Below are positions 1 to 12,956 of a stretch of DNA of 64,000 nt, piece by piece (within the stretch, counting starts at the first letter, position 1; each line of letters starts with the position of its first letter). The notes below the pieces were generated by a model. The model was not told the origin of the DNA and ran no database searches. It saw only the letters and a program-made list of their open reading frames with translations. The stretch covers positions 51,945 to 115,944 of the forward strand of contig NIVC01003159.1 of assembly GCA_002269645.1 (NCBI GenBank). The letters are read 5' to 3'. The DNA is from Macrostomum lignano. Taxonomy: Eukaryota. Made by a program: the position numbers and the translations under genes.

Positions 1-134
1 GGTAGCTCGTAATTTGAACCGCCCTTAAGAAGTGCATTGTGTTTCTGCATTTTTTAAATTTCTTTATTACCTGCTACAGTAACAGTATATTTGTTATGGA
101 AAATGATAGGATAGAATGATAGGATAAAATGATA

Positions 135-955
135 GGTTGGGGTGGCTATTTTTACAAACTGGCTGAAGCCCCAGGCAGAGTGACCAAAGAAGGTTATTGG
201 GGGTTAAAAAAGCAGTTTTCTGCTTTTTTAGGGACGTTAAAATGTGAAAATTAAAAATTAAAATAGCCTAAAGCCTGCTCCGGAAAATTTGCAGTTTTCC
301 CATATAAGTTTCGACGCTGACTTGCCAGAATTGTAGGAGTTCACTTGCAACAGACAGACACACAAACATCGCGTCAGTTTTAGTATTAGTACGAGTGGAA
401 CTCCTCCTTCGGAGGAGAAAGGGGAAGAACTCCCATCACCGGAATTCCATTCCCTGAATTATCCATCAACTGAAATTCCATGTCTTGAATCCCATCTTCC
501 AAATCGTCTCCAAATTCTTTACAAACCTTTAAAAGACCATAGCTCAAAGACTCTTACGTCTCTCATATCTACTCTCTCCTCTCTTCGCTATTATCGTGAC
601 TCGCTTCTCTCTCCTCTCTCTCATCTCATCTCTACCCCTACTCTCTTATTTATCTCTACTCCCTTATTTATCTCTTCTCCCTCGTCTTTCGTCTTTCTCT
701 TCTCCCTCTCCTGTTTACTCTCCTATCTTCAATCTTATCTCTCCCCTTTTCTCTCCTCTCTCATATCTCATCTCTAATCACTTATCTATCGTCTCCGCTC
801 TACTTTCTCTCTTTCCTTTTCTCTCTTCTCTCTGCTCTCATTTCTCGTATCTCTTATACGCTCTCAACCTCTCCTTTCTTATCTCCCATTTTTCTTCCCT
901 CCTTTTTCTCTTTTCTTATACAGTCCTGCGGGGGGGGATTCTTGAGCAGAAGTAG
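135..955. repeat. Dispersed repeat with a CT-rich tract, related to 56590-57480 and 58098-58260
   Basis: 135-300 aligns with 58098-58260, and 403-540 aligns with 56590-56720. Confidence 0.75.
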
Positions 956-1301
956 CTCAAGTATCTGTGGTTGTCTTTGTGTTGCTGTCAGAGTTTTTAA
1001 GCTTCGAAGTGATTTATAATTGATTCAATTCTTACTGTCAATTGTGCTTGAGTCTGATCGTAATGGGTAATTTTCGGTCCGCAAAAACGAATCACTTTGC
1101 CTCAGCTTGCAATGCAGGTCACCCACTTTAACTGGTTTAGACCCTCGTCGCGCAGCTTAAGTTCAGTGAGGGGACACTTTTTGACAAGTCTGCGCTTCTT
1201 ATGACCACCTAATTAACAGCCTCTGCTTACTCCAGTTAGCTGAGCACCACCGTTTTAAAAGCTGGAATCTTTGAGCTAAGTTTGAGATCAATTGAACTTA
1301 C

Positions 1302-2944
1302 TTCGTATACGAGATGATTTTTTCGAGCCTCCTTCAAGTCCTCGGCGAAGAATGATGAAGCGGTGGCTCGTGCTTCTGACTCCATCACGGCCGTAGCTTA
1401 ATTTGGCCAAACCTGTAGCCTGTCCTGGTCGGGAACTGCTAGCCGGATGCTGACCTAAACAACTGGCTCCCCACACAGCTACTGTACGGAGTCTCGTGTC
1501 ATTAAGCGTGCGGTCATTCCGTTTCAATGGCGAGAAATAGAAAGTTTCTGACCTCTGTCTGATGATTGTCGATAAGATTGGTTAATTGGGTGTTTGATCC
1601 GTATTCACTAATTATTCTTTCTTTGATTCTGTTCCCGTCATATTTCAGCTGGACTCCTCTTGTAGTTGTGGATATCAGATAGAGCAGGGCGACGAACATA
1701 GCGCAGGCCAGAAGGCAGACCATCTGCGAGATGCGAAGTTGTTTGAGACGATCGCTTATCATGGAGACATCGTTCTATCGTGGTTATCCGGTGCAAGGGG
1801 TCTTGGGTTTTTTGGGTAGAAAAAGATGTCGATAATTATCAGTTTGCTTAAATAATTGATGCATACCGCATTCTTTAGATATAAAGATCTGAGATCATGC
1901 TCAGACTTGCTCCATTGCCTACTCTTGTCTGTACATGCAAATAATTATTTGATTACATAAATTTGAACATGCACCTAACGTACTCGAAAGCGTTTGCGCA
2001 TTTTGAGCCTTTGAGAGAGCTTGCTTGTTCACTTGCTCCGGGTAAGGAGTTCGTGACTGAGAATGAGCCGCCCCTTAACATGTAATAGTTTGACTGGATA
2101 CTGGTAAGCTCCCAAGCAAACAACGATGAACCCCTGATGATTGGTAGCCGTCGAAGGATGTCATCTTCACCGCTTGGCCGTCTCAGTGCACCCGCATCAA
2201 GGAGCAACGGCTCTCAAAGAACTATACAGGAGGAAGGCGGGCGCAGAATCACGTTACCTTTAGATCACTTGAGGCCAATGCTAAGACGGCGTATCGACGC
2301 CATCAAGCCGCTGGAGTCATTTCAAAGTGGTGCCTGAACAGTGAGCAGTCCAACGATGCAGCAACTGCTCCCAAACTCCTGAAACTGCTGGCAATTCGCT
2401 GAAAAGCGAATGGTTTTAAACAAGGTTACCAACCGGAAACCAACAACTCGCAGCTCTGCTCAACAATGCACATCAATGTACATCTGTACATATGTACATT
2501 TCATATAGTCATCATTCTGCCTGGCAGCTCGCACACCACTAACTACATTTAGATATTCTGTTTGCAAACAGATCTTTGCCAACCAAGAGGGACAAGAGAC
2601 TAACTAACGCAGCCTTTTAACTCACTAACTGACATCCCTTTGTTTTGAAACTTTTTTTTAATAATAGCGTCGTCACAGTAAAAAAGTGTGTAAAATACTG
2701 AACAAGATTGGCTCACGATCTTGAGCGCAATTCTCCAGTTGTACAGGACGCTAAGAATAGCCAGGATGCCCATCGCTAAGTTGGCCAGGTTAATGAAAGC
2801 CATAAAAAGTTCTTCCGCGTTAGTGGACGACAGTGTTATAGCCAAAGTGATAGCAGATGAGGTTAAGCTAACGACGGACAGGACGATGAGGGCTCCGTAA
2901 CTGCCAATGGCGATGTACTTGACAGTTGCACCTAACAGGTGCAT
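1302..2944 (-). pseudogene. Tetraspanin-like paralogue A, probably degenerate (exons 2944-2717, 1723-1553, disrupted exon about 1481-1302)
   Basis: Exon 1 (76 codons, two TM helices, ends YNWRIALKI|GTGAGC) and exon 2 (cag|MVCLLACAM...NHQTE|GTCAGA) match the exon boundaries and sequence of the tetraspanin at 5178-10800. The third exon retains AEDLKEARK...|GTAAGT but has three in-frame stops and no CCG motif. No downstream exons found. Confidence 0.55.
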
Positions 2945-4078
2945 TCTCTGCTCCTAGATTGGAAAGCTTTCACGAGCTTTTACGTAAATTTACAGCCGCT
3001 TTTCTTCGAATCACGCAAGAGTTCTTTTTGCATATTTAATTTACCGCTGTTACTATTTTTTTCCATAGACAAAGAAACCTCACACCGTGTAGTGTCTCTC
3101 GTGTGTGTAACCTCACACACGAGAGAATATTTTTATTATATGCTATTGCTTTTCAGGCCAAAAATGCTTGTCAGATTGCGCAAACTATACATAAAAGGTA
3201 AAGACATGCATTGTAGCAGTCCTAAGCCTGCCGAAACGAGGGTGAAAGCAGCGATGTCTACCCGCCAGCAAAAGTTGTCTATGGCCCCAAGTGGGCACAA
3301 AGAAACTATGTGTATATTTTGAGCTAATATTTGCATTAACATGAGATATTAACATTAACATGAGATAAACATTAGATATATATATAGTCCATTGACAGTC
3401 TTTAGATTTCTCACGCGGAATACCTTCTGACCTTAGTTTGATTGATTAAAGTTAAACGTACAATTTTCAAGCTTGCAATTTCCAAACAGTGAGCTTGCAC
3501 TCTGGGAACTGCCGACTGCAATAGAGTAGTTGGTAGCAGATCTCGTGAATGAGTTCTTAGTCGGCACAACAGACCTAGTCGAGCAGTCGGTAGCCGATCT
3601 CTCGATTACGTCTCCAGTCGATACAACCGACCTGTTCGATCCGGTAAAGCTTGTTTCAGACCGGCCTGGAACAGCCAGTCGACGACTAATAGTGTGTCAA
3701 TTCACGAAACAGGTTTCCAACGTGATCTTCCGGTGTAGGATTGCGTAGTTCCTCATCAATTAGCCTCTCTTGCTCATCCGTCAGCCCTGTCCATTGATTG
3801 ATTCTGTCGACATGGTCCCGAGGATCGAGATGCGTGATGAAATCGAGCTCATCTGAGCTCAATCCACTAATTTCGTCTTCGCGTATTGAAGAATAACGCA
3901 GCATATTCAACAAACAGTAAAGGAATAAAAACACGATGGATTTTTCTTTCTAACATGACTTCAACATGACTTAATATGACAGGTCTCGAGTGCTTAGGCC
4001 ATAGACAAGTCAAGAAGAAGCGGGCGAGAAATGAAGCCAATAGCTTACTTCAAATGGAATTTGACCATAGAATGGATT

Positions 4079-4220
4079 CAGCGGGCGTGAAATGGTATTT
4101 CTCGCCCGCTGCGTTGGCAGGCTTAGATTGGCTACAATACTAATATACTCGTAGTTAGGCTGTCTTGGGCAGAAATGAGCGAAACAGACGCGCTCATTTC
4201 TGCCCAAGACAGCCTAACTA
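4079..4220. other. Two adjacent inverted repeats (hairpins)
   Basis: 4079-4093 pairs with 4097-4111 (14/15, 3-nt loop). 4152-4181 pairs perfectly with 4191-4220 (30 bp, 9-nt loop). Confidence 0.9.
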
Positions 4221-5177
4221 TATTAATATATTATGATAGTTTTTTAAACTAGACGTGCCATAATTTGAGGTAATCTAAGTTCGCCCAGCTGGGCCGTCCG
4301 AGCTGCTCCGTCAGCCTCCATTTCGAAAAACTGCAGAACGAGGAATCAAAATTAGCAGTGACATTCGAATGAATGAAACAAAGTCTGCAGTGGAAGGAAA
4401 TTTCGTCTCTGCCTGGTGCATTTTTTGCGGCGGAGATGTCTGTACAGTAGCAGCGGGGTTGCGGCAAGGATGTCGCCAGCGGATCATGCAAAATTGATTG
4501 ATTTATTAATTAGCTTCACGCAACCTCCACGGCACCAGAGCAATTAACAATAATCTGTAATAATCCAAGGTCGCTTGGACGGACCGAGCCAGCTGCATTG
4601 GAAACCCGCTGGTCGTTGATCTTGAAGGAGGCGCACAGCAGGCCAGCGTGCGCCGTGTCAAACTTGCTGTCCGAGCGAGTCCGTCACTCGTAAAACAAGA
4701 CGGCTTTAAACACCGCCAGGAACAAGGGCTGCCTTATTACTTAAAAGTGTCTTTTTGATGGGGTTTGTTTCGTCTACTCAAAGTTGGTGAGCTTATTAGA
4801 AGGATAAAGCCCAAATTTAATTTGCCACTTGCTGCAGGTTGGGTAATACGCATTATTTTTTTGCAGACAGTATATCTAGGTAAGTCCGGTGCAATATATT
4901 ACCTTAAATTTCTCGTTTTGCACTCTAATCTGTGTATTTCTGGTAAAAAAATAAAGCAATACTTTGAAGGTACCGAATATACTTGTATTGCTGTAGCACC
5001 AGCAGCGAATATATTAATTCAAAATAGTGTCCTGGTTTCTGCAAGCATGTCTTATTAAAAGCAACTGAAAAATTGCTGCGCGCCTAAAATTATTTTTATT
5101 CTATACTTAAGCACACAAGTCAACTTTTGTGGATTTACCAGTAGGACATTTTCCACGACCTTTGGAAAATTCAAAAC

Positions 5178-8100
5178 TTACTCAGACGGGCCTATGATGC
5201 TCACCATTGTGGAGGCGACGCACATGGCCTGAAATGCAACAAGTCAGTTTTCAAAGAGACGGAGACAGAAGAATCAGGTCTGCATAGCATGGAACAAGCT
5301 GTTGGAATGCCTGCTAAGGCAGCATTGCGGATGTTACCTGGCAAAGGGATGTGAAGACGGCCCATAGCGAGATCATTAAATCGTAAAAGGCATCCTTGTT
5401 GCTGATCTTTGTCAGACAGTCCTGTTGAAGGTGAATTTTTTATTAATGATTTCTTGCCGAGTCAGCTTCGCTTCTGCCCTGCAGATTTTGCGTGTTATAA
5501 TGATGCGCTGATGGGTTATGTTGGCGTGTTGGAGCTGTGCAGTGAGGATCGGTCAGGACTGTGTTGGAGCTGTGCAGTGAGGATCGGTCAGGACTGTGTT
5601 GGTGTGTTGGAGCTGTGCAGTGAGGATCGGTCAGGACTGTGTTGGAGCTGTGCAGTGAGAATCAGTCAGGACTGTGTTGGAGCTGTGCAGTGAGGATCAG
5701 TCAGGACTGTGTTGGTGTGTTGCAGCTGTGCAGTGAGGATCGGTCAGGACTGTGTTGCAGCTGTGCAGTGAGGATCGGTCAGGACTGTGTTGCAGCTGTG
5801 CAGTGAGGATCGGTCAGGACTGTGTTGGAGCTGTGCAGTGAGGATCAGTCAGGACTGTGTTGGTGTGTTGCAGCTGTGCAGTGAGGATCGGTCAGGACTG
5901 TGTTGCAGCTGTGCAGTGAGGATCGGTCAGGACTGTGTTGGTGTGTTGCAGCTGTGCAGTGAGGATCGGTCAGGACTGTGTTGCAGCTGTGCAGTGAGGA
6001 TCGGTCAGGACTGTGTTGCAGCTGTGCAGTGAGGATCGGTCAGGACTGTGTTGGAGCTGTGCAGTGAGGATCAGTCAGGACTGTGTTGGTGTGTTGCAGC
6101 TGTGCAGTGAGGATCGGTCAGGACTGTGTTGCAGCTGTGCAGTGAGGATCGGTCAGGACTGTGTTGGAGCTGTGCAGTGAGGATCGGTCAGGACTGTGTT
6201 GCAGCTGTGCAGTGAGGATCGGTCAGGACTGTGTTGGAGCTGTGCAGTGAGGATCAGTCAGGACTGTGTTGGTGTGTTGGAGCTGTGCAGTGAGGATTGG
6301 TCAGGACTGTGTTGGCGTGTTGGAGCTGTGCAGTAAGGATGGGTCAGGACTGTGTTGGTGTGTTGGAGCTGTGCAGTGAGGATCGGTCAGGACTGTGTTG
6401 GTGTATTGGAGCTGTGCAGTGAGGATTGGTCAGGCTGTGTTGGAGCTGTGCAGTGAGGATCGGTCAGGACTATGTTGGAGCTGTGCAGTGAGGATCAGTC
6501 AGGACTGTGTTGGTGTGTTGGAGCTGTGCAGTGAGGATCGGTCAGGACTGTGTTGGAGCTGTGCAGTGAGGATTGGTCAGGACTGTGTTGGAGCTGTACA
6601 GTGAGGATCGGTCAGGACTGTGTTGGTGTTTTGGAGCTGTGCAGTGAGAATCGGTCAGGACTTTGTTGGAGCTGTGCAGTGAGGATTGGTCAGGACTGTG
6701 TTGGTGTTTTGGAGCTGTGCAGTGAGGATCGGTCAGGGCTGTGTTGGAGTGTTGGAGCTGTGCAGTGAGGATCGGTCAGGACTGTGTTGGTGTATTGGAG
6801 CTGTGCAGTGAGGATTGGTCAGGGCTGTGTTGGAGCTGTGCAGTGAGGATTGGTCAGGACTGTGCTGGAGCTGTGCAGTGAGGATCGGTCAGGACTGTGT
6901 TGGAGCTGTGCAGTGAGGATCGGTCAGGACTGTGTTGGAGCTGTGCAGTGAGGATCGGTCAGGACTGTGTTGGAGCTGTGCAGTGAGGATTGGTCAGGAC
7001 TGTGTTGGAGCTGTACAGTGAGGATCGGTCAGGACTGTGTTGGTGTTTTGGAGCTGTGCAGTGAGGATCGGTCAGGACTGTGTTGGTGTGTTGGAGCTGT
7101 GCAGTGAGGATTGGTCAGGACTGTGTTGGAGCTGTACAGTGAGGATCGGTCAGGACTGTGTTGGTGTTTTGGAGCTGTGCAGTGAGGATCGGTCAGGACT
7201 GTGTTGGTGTGTTGGAGCTGTGCAGTGAGGATTGGTCAGGACTGTGTTGGTGTGTTGGAGCTGTGCAGTGAGGATCGGTCAGGACTGTGTTGGTGTATTG
7301 GAGCTGTGCAGTGATGGTGTGTTGGAGCTGTGCAGTGATGGTGTGTTGGAGCTGTGCAGTGAGGATTGGTCAGGACTGTGTTGGTGTATTGGAGCTGTGC
7401 ATTGAGGATTGGTCAGGACTGTGTTGGTGTGTTGGAGCTGTGCAGTGAGGATTGGTCAGGACTGTGTTGCAGCTGTGCAGTGAGGATCGGTCAGGACTGT
7501 GTTGGAGCTGTGCAGTGAGGATCGGTCAGGACTGTGTTGGAGCTGTGCAGTGAGGATCAGTCAGGACTGTGTTGGAGCTGTGCAGTGAGGATCGGTCAGG
7601 ACTGTGTTGGAGCTGTGCAGTGAGGATCAGTCAGGACTGTGTTGGAGCTGTGCAGTGAGGATCGGTCAGGACTGTGTTGGAGCTGTGCAGTGAGGATCGG
7701 TCAGGGCTGTGTTGGAGCTGTGCAGTGAGGATCAGTCAGGACTGTGTTGGAGCTGTGCAGTGAGGATCGGTCAGGACTGTGTTGGAGTGTTGGAGCTGTG
7801 CAGTGAGGATCGGTCAGGACTGTGTTGGAGCTGTGCAGTGAGGATCGGTCAGGACTGTGTTGGTGTGTTGGAGCTGTGCAGTGATGGTGTGTTGGAGCTG
7901 TGCAGTGATGGTGTGTTGGAGCTGTGCAGTGAGGATTGGTCAGGACTGTGTTGGTGTATTGGAGCTGTGCATTGAGGATTGGTCAGGACTGTGTTGGTGT
8001 GTTGGAGCTGTGCAGTGAGGATTGGTCAGGACTGTGTTGCAGCTGTGCAGTGAGGATCGGTCAGGACTGTGTTGGAGCTGTGCAGTGAGGATCGGTCAGG

Positions 8101-10800
8101 ACTGTGTTGGAGCTGTGCAGTGAGGATCAGTCAGGACTGTGTTGGAGCTGTGCAGTGAGGATCGGTCAGGACTGTGTTGGAGCTGTGCAGTGAGGATCAG
8201 TCAGGACTGTGTTGGAGCTGTGCAGTGAGGATCGGTCAGGACTGTGTTGGAGCTGTGCAGTGAGGATCGGTCAGGGCTGTGTTGGAGCTGTGCAGTGAGG
8301 ATCAGTCAGGACTGTGTTGGAGCTGTGCAGTGAGGATCGGTCAGGACTGTGTTGGAGTGTTGGAGCTGTGCAGTGAGGATCGGTCAGGACTGTGTTGGAG
8401 CTGTGCAGTGAGGATCGGTCAGGACTGTGTTGGAGTGTTGGAGCTGTGCAGTGAGGATCGGTCAGGACTGTGCCAGTTATTCGATAATACGCCAATCATA
8501 TGACGTAAAATTGGGACTCAATACTTTAACTCGAGCACGTTGAAAAAGACAATCATTCTAACAAAGTAGCTCACATATTTGTGAACGTATTTCTTTTCCG
8601 AGCCTCCTTCAGGTTCTCGGCTTGTTGGCACTTCGGTCCAGGTTCCAGACAGCAGGAGTCGGGCAGGGTGGTCTTCTTGCCGGTTACGTTGGCGTTGACC
8701 AGCTTGTACCATGGAGACTGGAGGAACAGGTTCTCCTTCTCATCGCCGCTCCAGCCGCAGCACAACTCCTGTTTCAGTGGCCCAAGTTTAAATTGGTTAG
8801 CGAGTGAGCAATAATCTAATTAGTTGTCTTCCATAATGTGCTATCAGATTGAGAATTTAAAATTTCCTGACCTCTTCTTGCCCATTGTTTAAAAACGAAG
8901 TCACGCCTTCGTCTTCGCCATATTGCTTTGTTAATTTTTCTCTGTATTCGTTTATATCCGATTTAGTCAGAGTATTCCTGTTCGTGAGATGCATCACAAG
9001 GATGACTACGTTTGTGACAACGCGCAGGCCAGAATGCAAACGATCTGGAAGGTGGGCAGGTGAGGCAGTTCCGGCCGCAATTTAGGCTCCAAGAGGCTGA
9101 TTCGAGAAGCCATTGATAAGAGTCCTGGAAAAGGGGGCTTCAATCGGCTCTGCGACTCAGCGATAAATGAGGGCCAGCCCCAAGAGGTACACAGAGTGTA
9201 CAGTATGTGCCTGAAAATTAGAAAGTCAGGGCCACCGTAACCCTTGTGTGAGTGTATGAGTACAGCATCTATGCACAGCTTGTGTGCGCTCAGGAGGCTG
9301 AACTGGCTCAACGCTGGTTGTGGGACGATGTCACCGAAAAGCTGCGCCAGGGAGCCCACGGCCCCTCCTGCAATTATTACTACATGAATATATCTTACAA
9401 AAGTCCCCTAACTGTGCTCGCATGGGCGTATTCAGCATGCCAGTGAAGTATGAGACAGACCAGGCCCATGGGCTAAGGTCTGCGATGCTCCACGCCTGCC
9501 TCCATCTTCAGCAGGTAAGGCCAGTGGGAGGTCTGCACCCTCTCTTTGCCGCTGGCAGCCGTAGACCCCCCACGCTGTTTCGCAAGCCGACCCAGGGGTA
9601 CCCGTCCCCGCGAGTGTTCAAGGCAGACCCTAGGGCTGCTGGACAGACAGGGCTCCGGCGCTGGCGACCCATCATCTAGTAGCTTCGGCCAAACTTAGGT
9701 ATGCGGGTTTGGCTTGCCAGCCTGCAGGCCTTGGTACTGCTCAACGTACCCTCTAATGCCTAAGGTGTTGACCGTGCCGATAGGCTGGAAGGCCGGGGAG
9801 TAGTCCGGTCGCAAGCGGTCCCCCTCCTGGTGTCGGGCCAGCCTTGAGGGTTCTTTTGGCCTACTGCCCGGGTGGGTACCGCGCCCCTTCGAGGGTAGCC
9901 CACCACCTTTATCATGGCCTTCGAGCCGACTATGAATAAGCTGCTGGAGACACTGGGGGACCTCCCTGGGCGGCGTTCATAGCGATGCGTCGGCCGTTCA
10001 GGGATTAGCGGAATGAGCGTTCGCGCCTTCCCGCTTTGTCCCCCTCCGAGGCATCCCTGCAGCTAAGTCAAGTAAGTCAAGTCCCGTAGCTGTATTTGCA
10101 CACAAAAATGAACACTCTTCAATGCTTGCTTTGCGTTTTTATGTTGCAAGACACATGATCGTGGGCAGTCTTTGCTGCCGAAACGTTTTTCCCTCATTAC
10201 ACTGACAGGAGGCTGTAGTAAGCAACAAAAAGAGCTTTCTCACACTGAGATTAATTAGGGATTAGTGCCTTCTTAAGGGTCCCGGCAAGATCCACAAAGT
10301 CCCCTGCTAATTTTAAGTAAACCAACAAAAAGGAATCTCCAGAGAGGATAAATTAATATTAGTTAGTTACTTGTACTAATGTTACTTTAGTTAATTATAG
10401 CTTGTATATGGGCCATTCCGCCGACCTTGAACACGCACATGTACATGGACTCGTACGCAGGCACGCACTCACACAGAGTGTACAACTGACTCTGTTCCTA
10501 CGCCCAGGGGCCACGGAGAAGCAGCAACATCAGGTAGAGTTCGGACGCACTTACAATTTTGAGCAGGATGCGCCAGTTCTGCACGACGCCAACAATGCCC
10601 AGGATGCCAATGGTGATGTTAGCCAGGCTGGAAAAGATCTTGATGAGGCCGCCGCCTTTGAAAGTGAACGATTCTCCCACAGTTAAATACGGATTTGTGG
10701 CTATGGTGATTCCGTAGAAAGTTAAACTGATGATTCCCAGTAAAATGTTGGCGCTGTACGTCACTATCACTATGTGACGGATGGCCTCGCTGGATAGCAT
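5178..10800 (-). CDS. Tetraspanin, 5 exons (10800-10555, 9044-8872, 8768-8575, 5421-5338, 5228-5178), about 249 aa after correcting two -1 frameshifts
   Basis: Four hydrophobic helices; large loop with LCCG, LPDSCC and a terminal DC; canonical GT-AG at every junction; ends IIGPSE-TAA. Exon 2 (173 nt) and exon 3 (194 nt) are each 1 nt short of phase 0. Confidence 0.85.
5516..8470. repeat. Minisatellite, 35-bp unit GGAGCTGTGCAGTGAGGATCGGTCAGGACTGTGTT with an optional 8-bp GGTGTGTT insert, in tetraspanin intron 3
   Basis: Directly visible tandem array of roughly 75-80 units; explains the CSEDRSGLCWS ORFs. Confidence 0.98.
9600..10020 (+). mobile_element. Probable degraded non-LTR retrotransposon reverse transcriptase fragment in tetraspanin intron 1
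   Basis: Broken across frames but in the correct order: WRPI (about 9661), a KAFDRV-like remnant (about 9762), GSP followed by FIMAFEP..KLL (about 9890-9945) and an AFxDD-like remnant (about 9972). Confidence 0.4.
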
Positions 10801-12956
10801 TCGTGTGGATTGTAACTTCCAGTAGTTTTCGTATTTCTACACGAAAATCTAAGAATAAATTAGCTTCAAGGCTCTCTTTTGTGATACTTTGGCTATAAAA
10901 GTGCTCCACTTTCCGACCATAGACAGCTGCGCTCGTGAGCGGAAGAACGATATGTGGTCAAAAATACAAATTTGAGTTAACTTGAAAAAAAATATTGGTG
11001 ACTACCAAACGACTTCGGTAATAATTTAACAACCTTATAATTTTTCTGGGGTTAATTTTACTAAGAACATATTAGGATAGCCTAAGCGTACATTTCAAAA
11101 TTTCAAAACTTCTGCAAAACTTCACTTCTGCTGAAATTACTTGTAGTCCCTCTTGAAATCTGTAAAATTGCAAGTACAAACTCTTGCATTGTACGTCGAA
11201 CGTCTAAAATAATATTTCGGTCACTTTTATAAACTTAAAACTTTACAAACTCTAAATTTAATATAGCCCAACTCGTGAAGATTATTGAGTTAGTGGACGT
11301 GACTCGCAAGAATTTTCCCATTATGCGAAATTTTGCGCTAGCAAAAGCAACCCCTGAGATTCATGACGACTACAGTTCACTCAAGGACTACTAGACTTGA
11401 TATAACGAAGTGTTCCTAGTGGTCCTTGAGTCCACTTTAAAGTTTACTGCAGGTTTCAGTCTGTTAGGTTCGGAGTTCCAAATGGATTACATATAAAAGA
11501 CGGCCATTTACTCGTAACTGACACAAGAAGCGACCCAGCGGGAAAGGCACCGCTGGAACAACGTTGTGTACCAACGGTGGACCAACGGCTACAAATGTCC
11601 GGCGCAAAACCGTTGGAACAACGGTGGCAAAACAACGGTTATACAACGCTATACCAACGCCAAACCAATGCCTGTGTGGCCAATTGTGGTGACTTTTTAA
11701 ATGTACGTACTTTTTAGCTTATACCCGCAGCCTTTCGATGACGACCTGTTGCGTCATGGGTGGTTGAAGCTGACAGGCCACATCATCCGCGCCCAGGATC
11801 GTAATGTCCACAGACGGTGCAGGAGGGGCTGCTGCTTACGTTGCAGATGTCTTTCTATGTTAGGAATACGTACTTAATGATGAAATATTTTGTTAAAACT
11901 GACGTTTTCAACTTTCAATTCCATTTTTTACCCCAATTTTGCGCATCTGCCGTTGTTTTGAGATAAATGTGCACTACATTGCCGCAATTTCAAAACGGCT
12001 CGCTGCAAAGTGTAATTGGTGTAAAATCAAGCCACTGAAGAATCGCTTCTTGTTGTCGTCTATGGCCTCTATGGCCCAAAAGGGGTTCTATGGAGCAACC
12101 ACAGACCTTTTTGGGGCATAGACAATGAAAAGCAATTCTTCAATTAGCTTTATTCTACACCTACACTAATGATTAAATTGCCTGCTCTTTAACTCGATTA
12201 AATTGGAAAACGCCGTAGTTTAACAGCTTGTACTCGACGCGACTACTTTTATTGCCTGTTAACTTTTTACTATAGTTCATTCCGAACAACCGTGACAGCC
12301 ATGTTGTGACGGTTTCATTTCTTGTACATAATTTAGTGTGCCGTCGTAAAAGTACGAGTATTTTTGCAAAGTACTCGTAATTATTTTCATTTATTGTAAT
12401 TATTCTATTAATTTACAAGTACATCTGCACGTATTGTTTGACATGTTAAGCAGATAAAGTTTACACTATTTTGTTTCAATCTTAATGCTTCAATTTCAAA
12501 TGATTATAAAAATGTTTTGAATTTCCCTGCAAGCTGCTTGTCTGGTTTGTCGCTCGTCGCTCTTGGCTTTGAGTTGGCTTTAATTTATCATTTAATATAT
12601 TGAATAGTTCGCAGATGTTCCACAGTATTTTCGACAGCTCCCTGTAATTCGCCTAGTTCACTACTATCTCTTCATGCATGTAAATCCTGATAGACCGCTA
12701 TAAAACGCATCAACATCAGCAAAAGAAAAGTACGCCTAAGACCCCGTCACAACGTGTCAGTCGCCTGGGTTTTCGTTTAAACTACTTTGTTACGCTGATT
12801 TTGTTTAATGGTTTCGTTTTGTTTTGCTTAGAGAAGCGAACTAGAGAAATATGGGCTATTGTTATTTTAAATACCTTTCCTTGATTTACATACAGTCAGG
12901 TATCTGTTTCATCAAAAGTATCCAAGAATGCCGCGGAGCGGATCAAATTCGATAGG

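Noticed and set aside
5516-8470. CRISPR-like regular repeats
   Set aside because: Units are head-to-tail with no unique spacers, there are no cas genes, and the context is a eukaryotic intron. The same applies to all other arrays.
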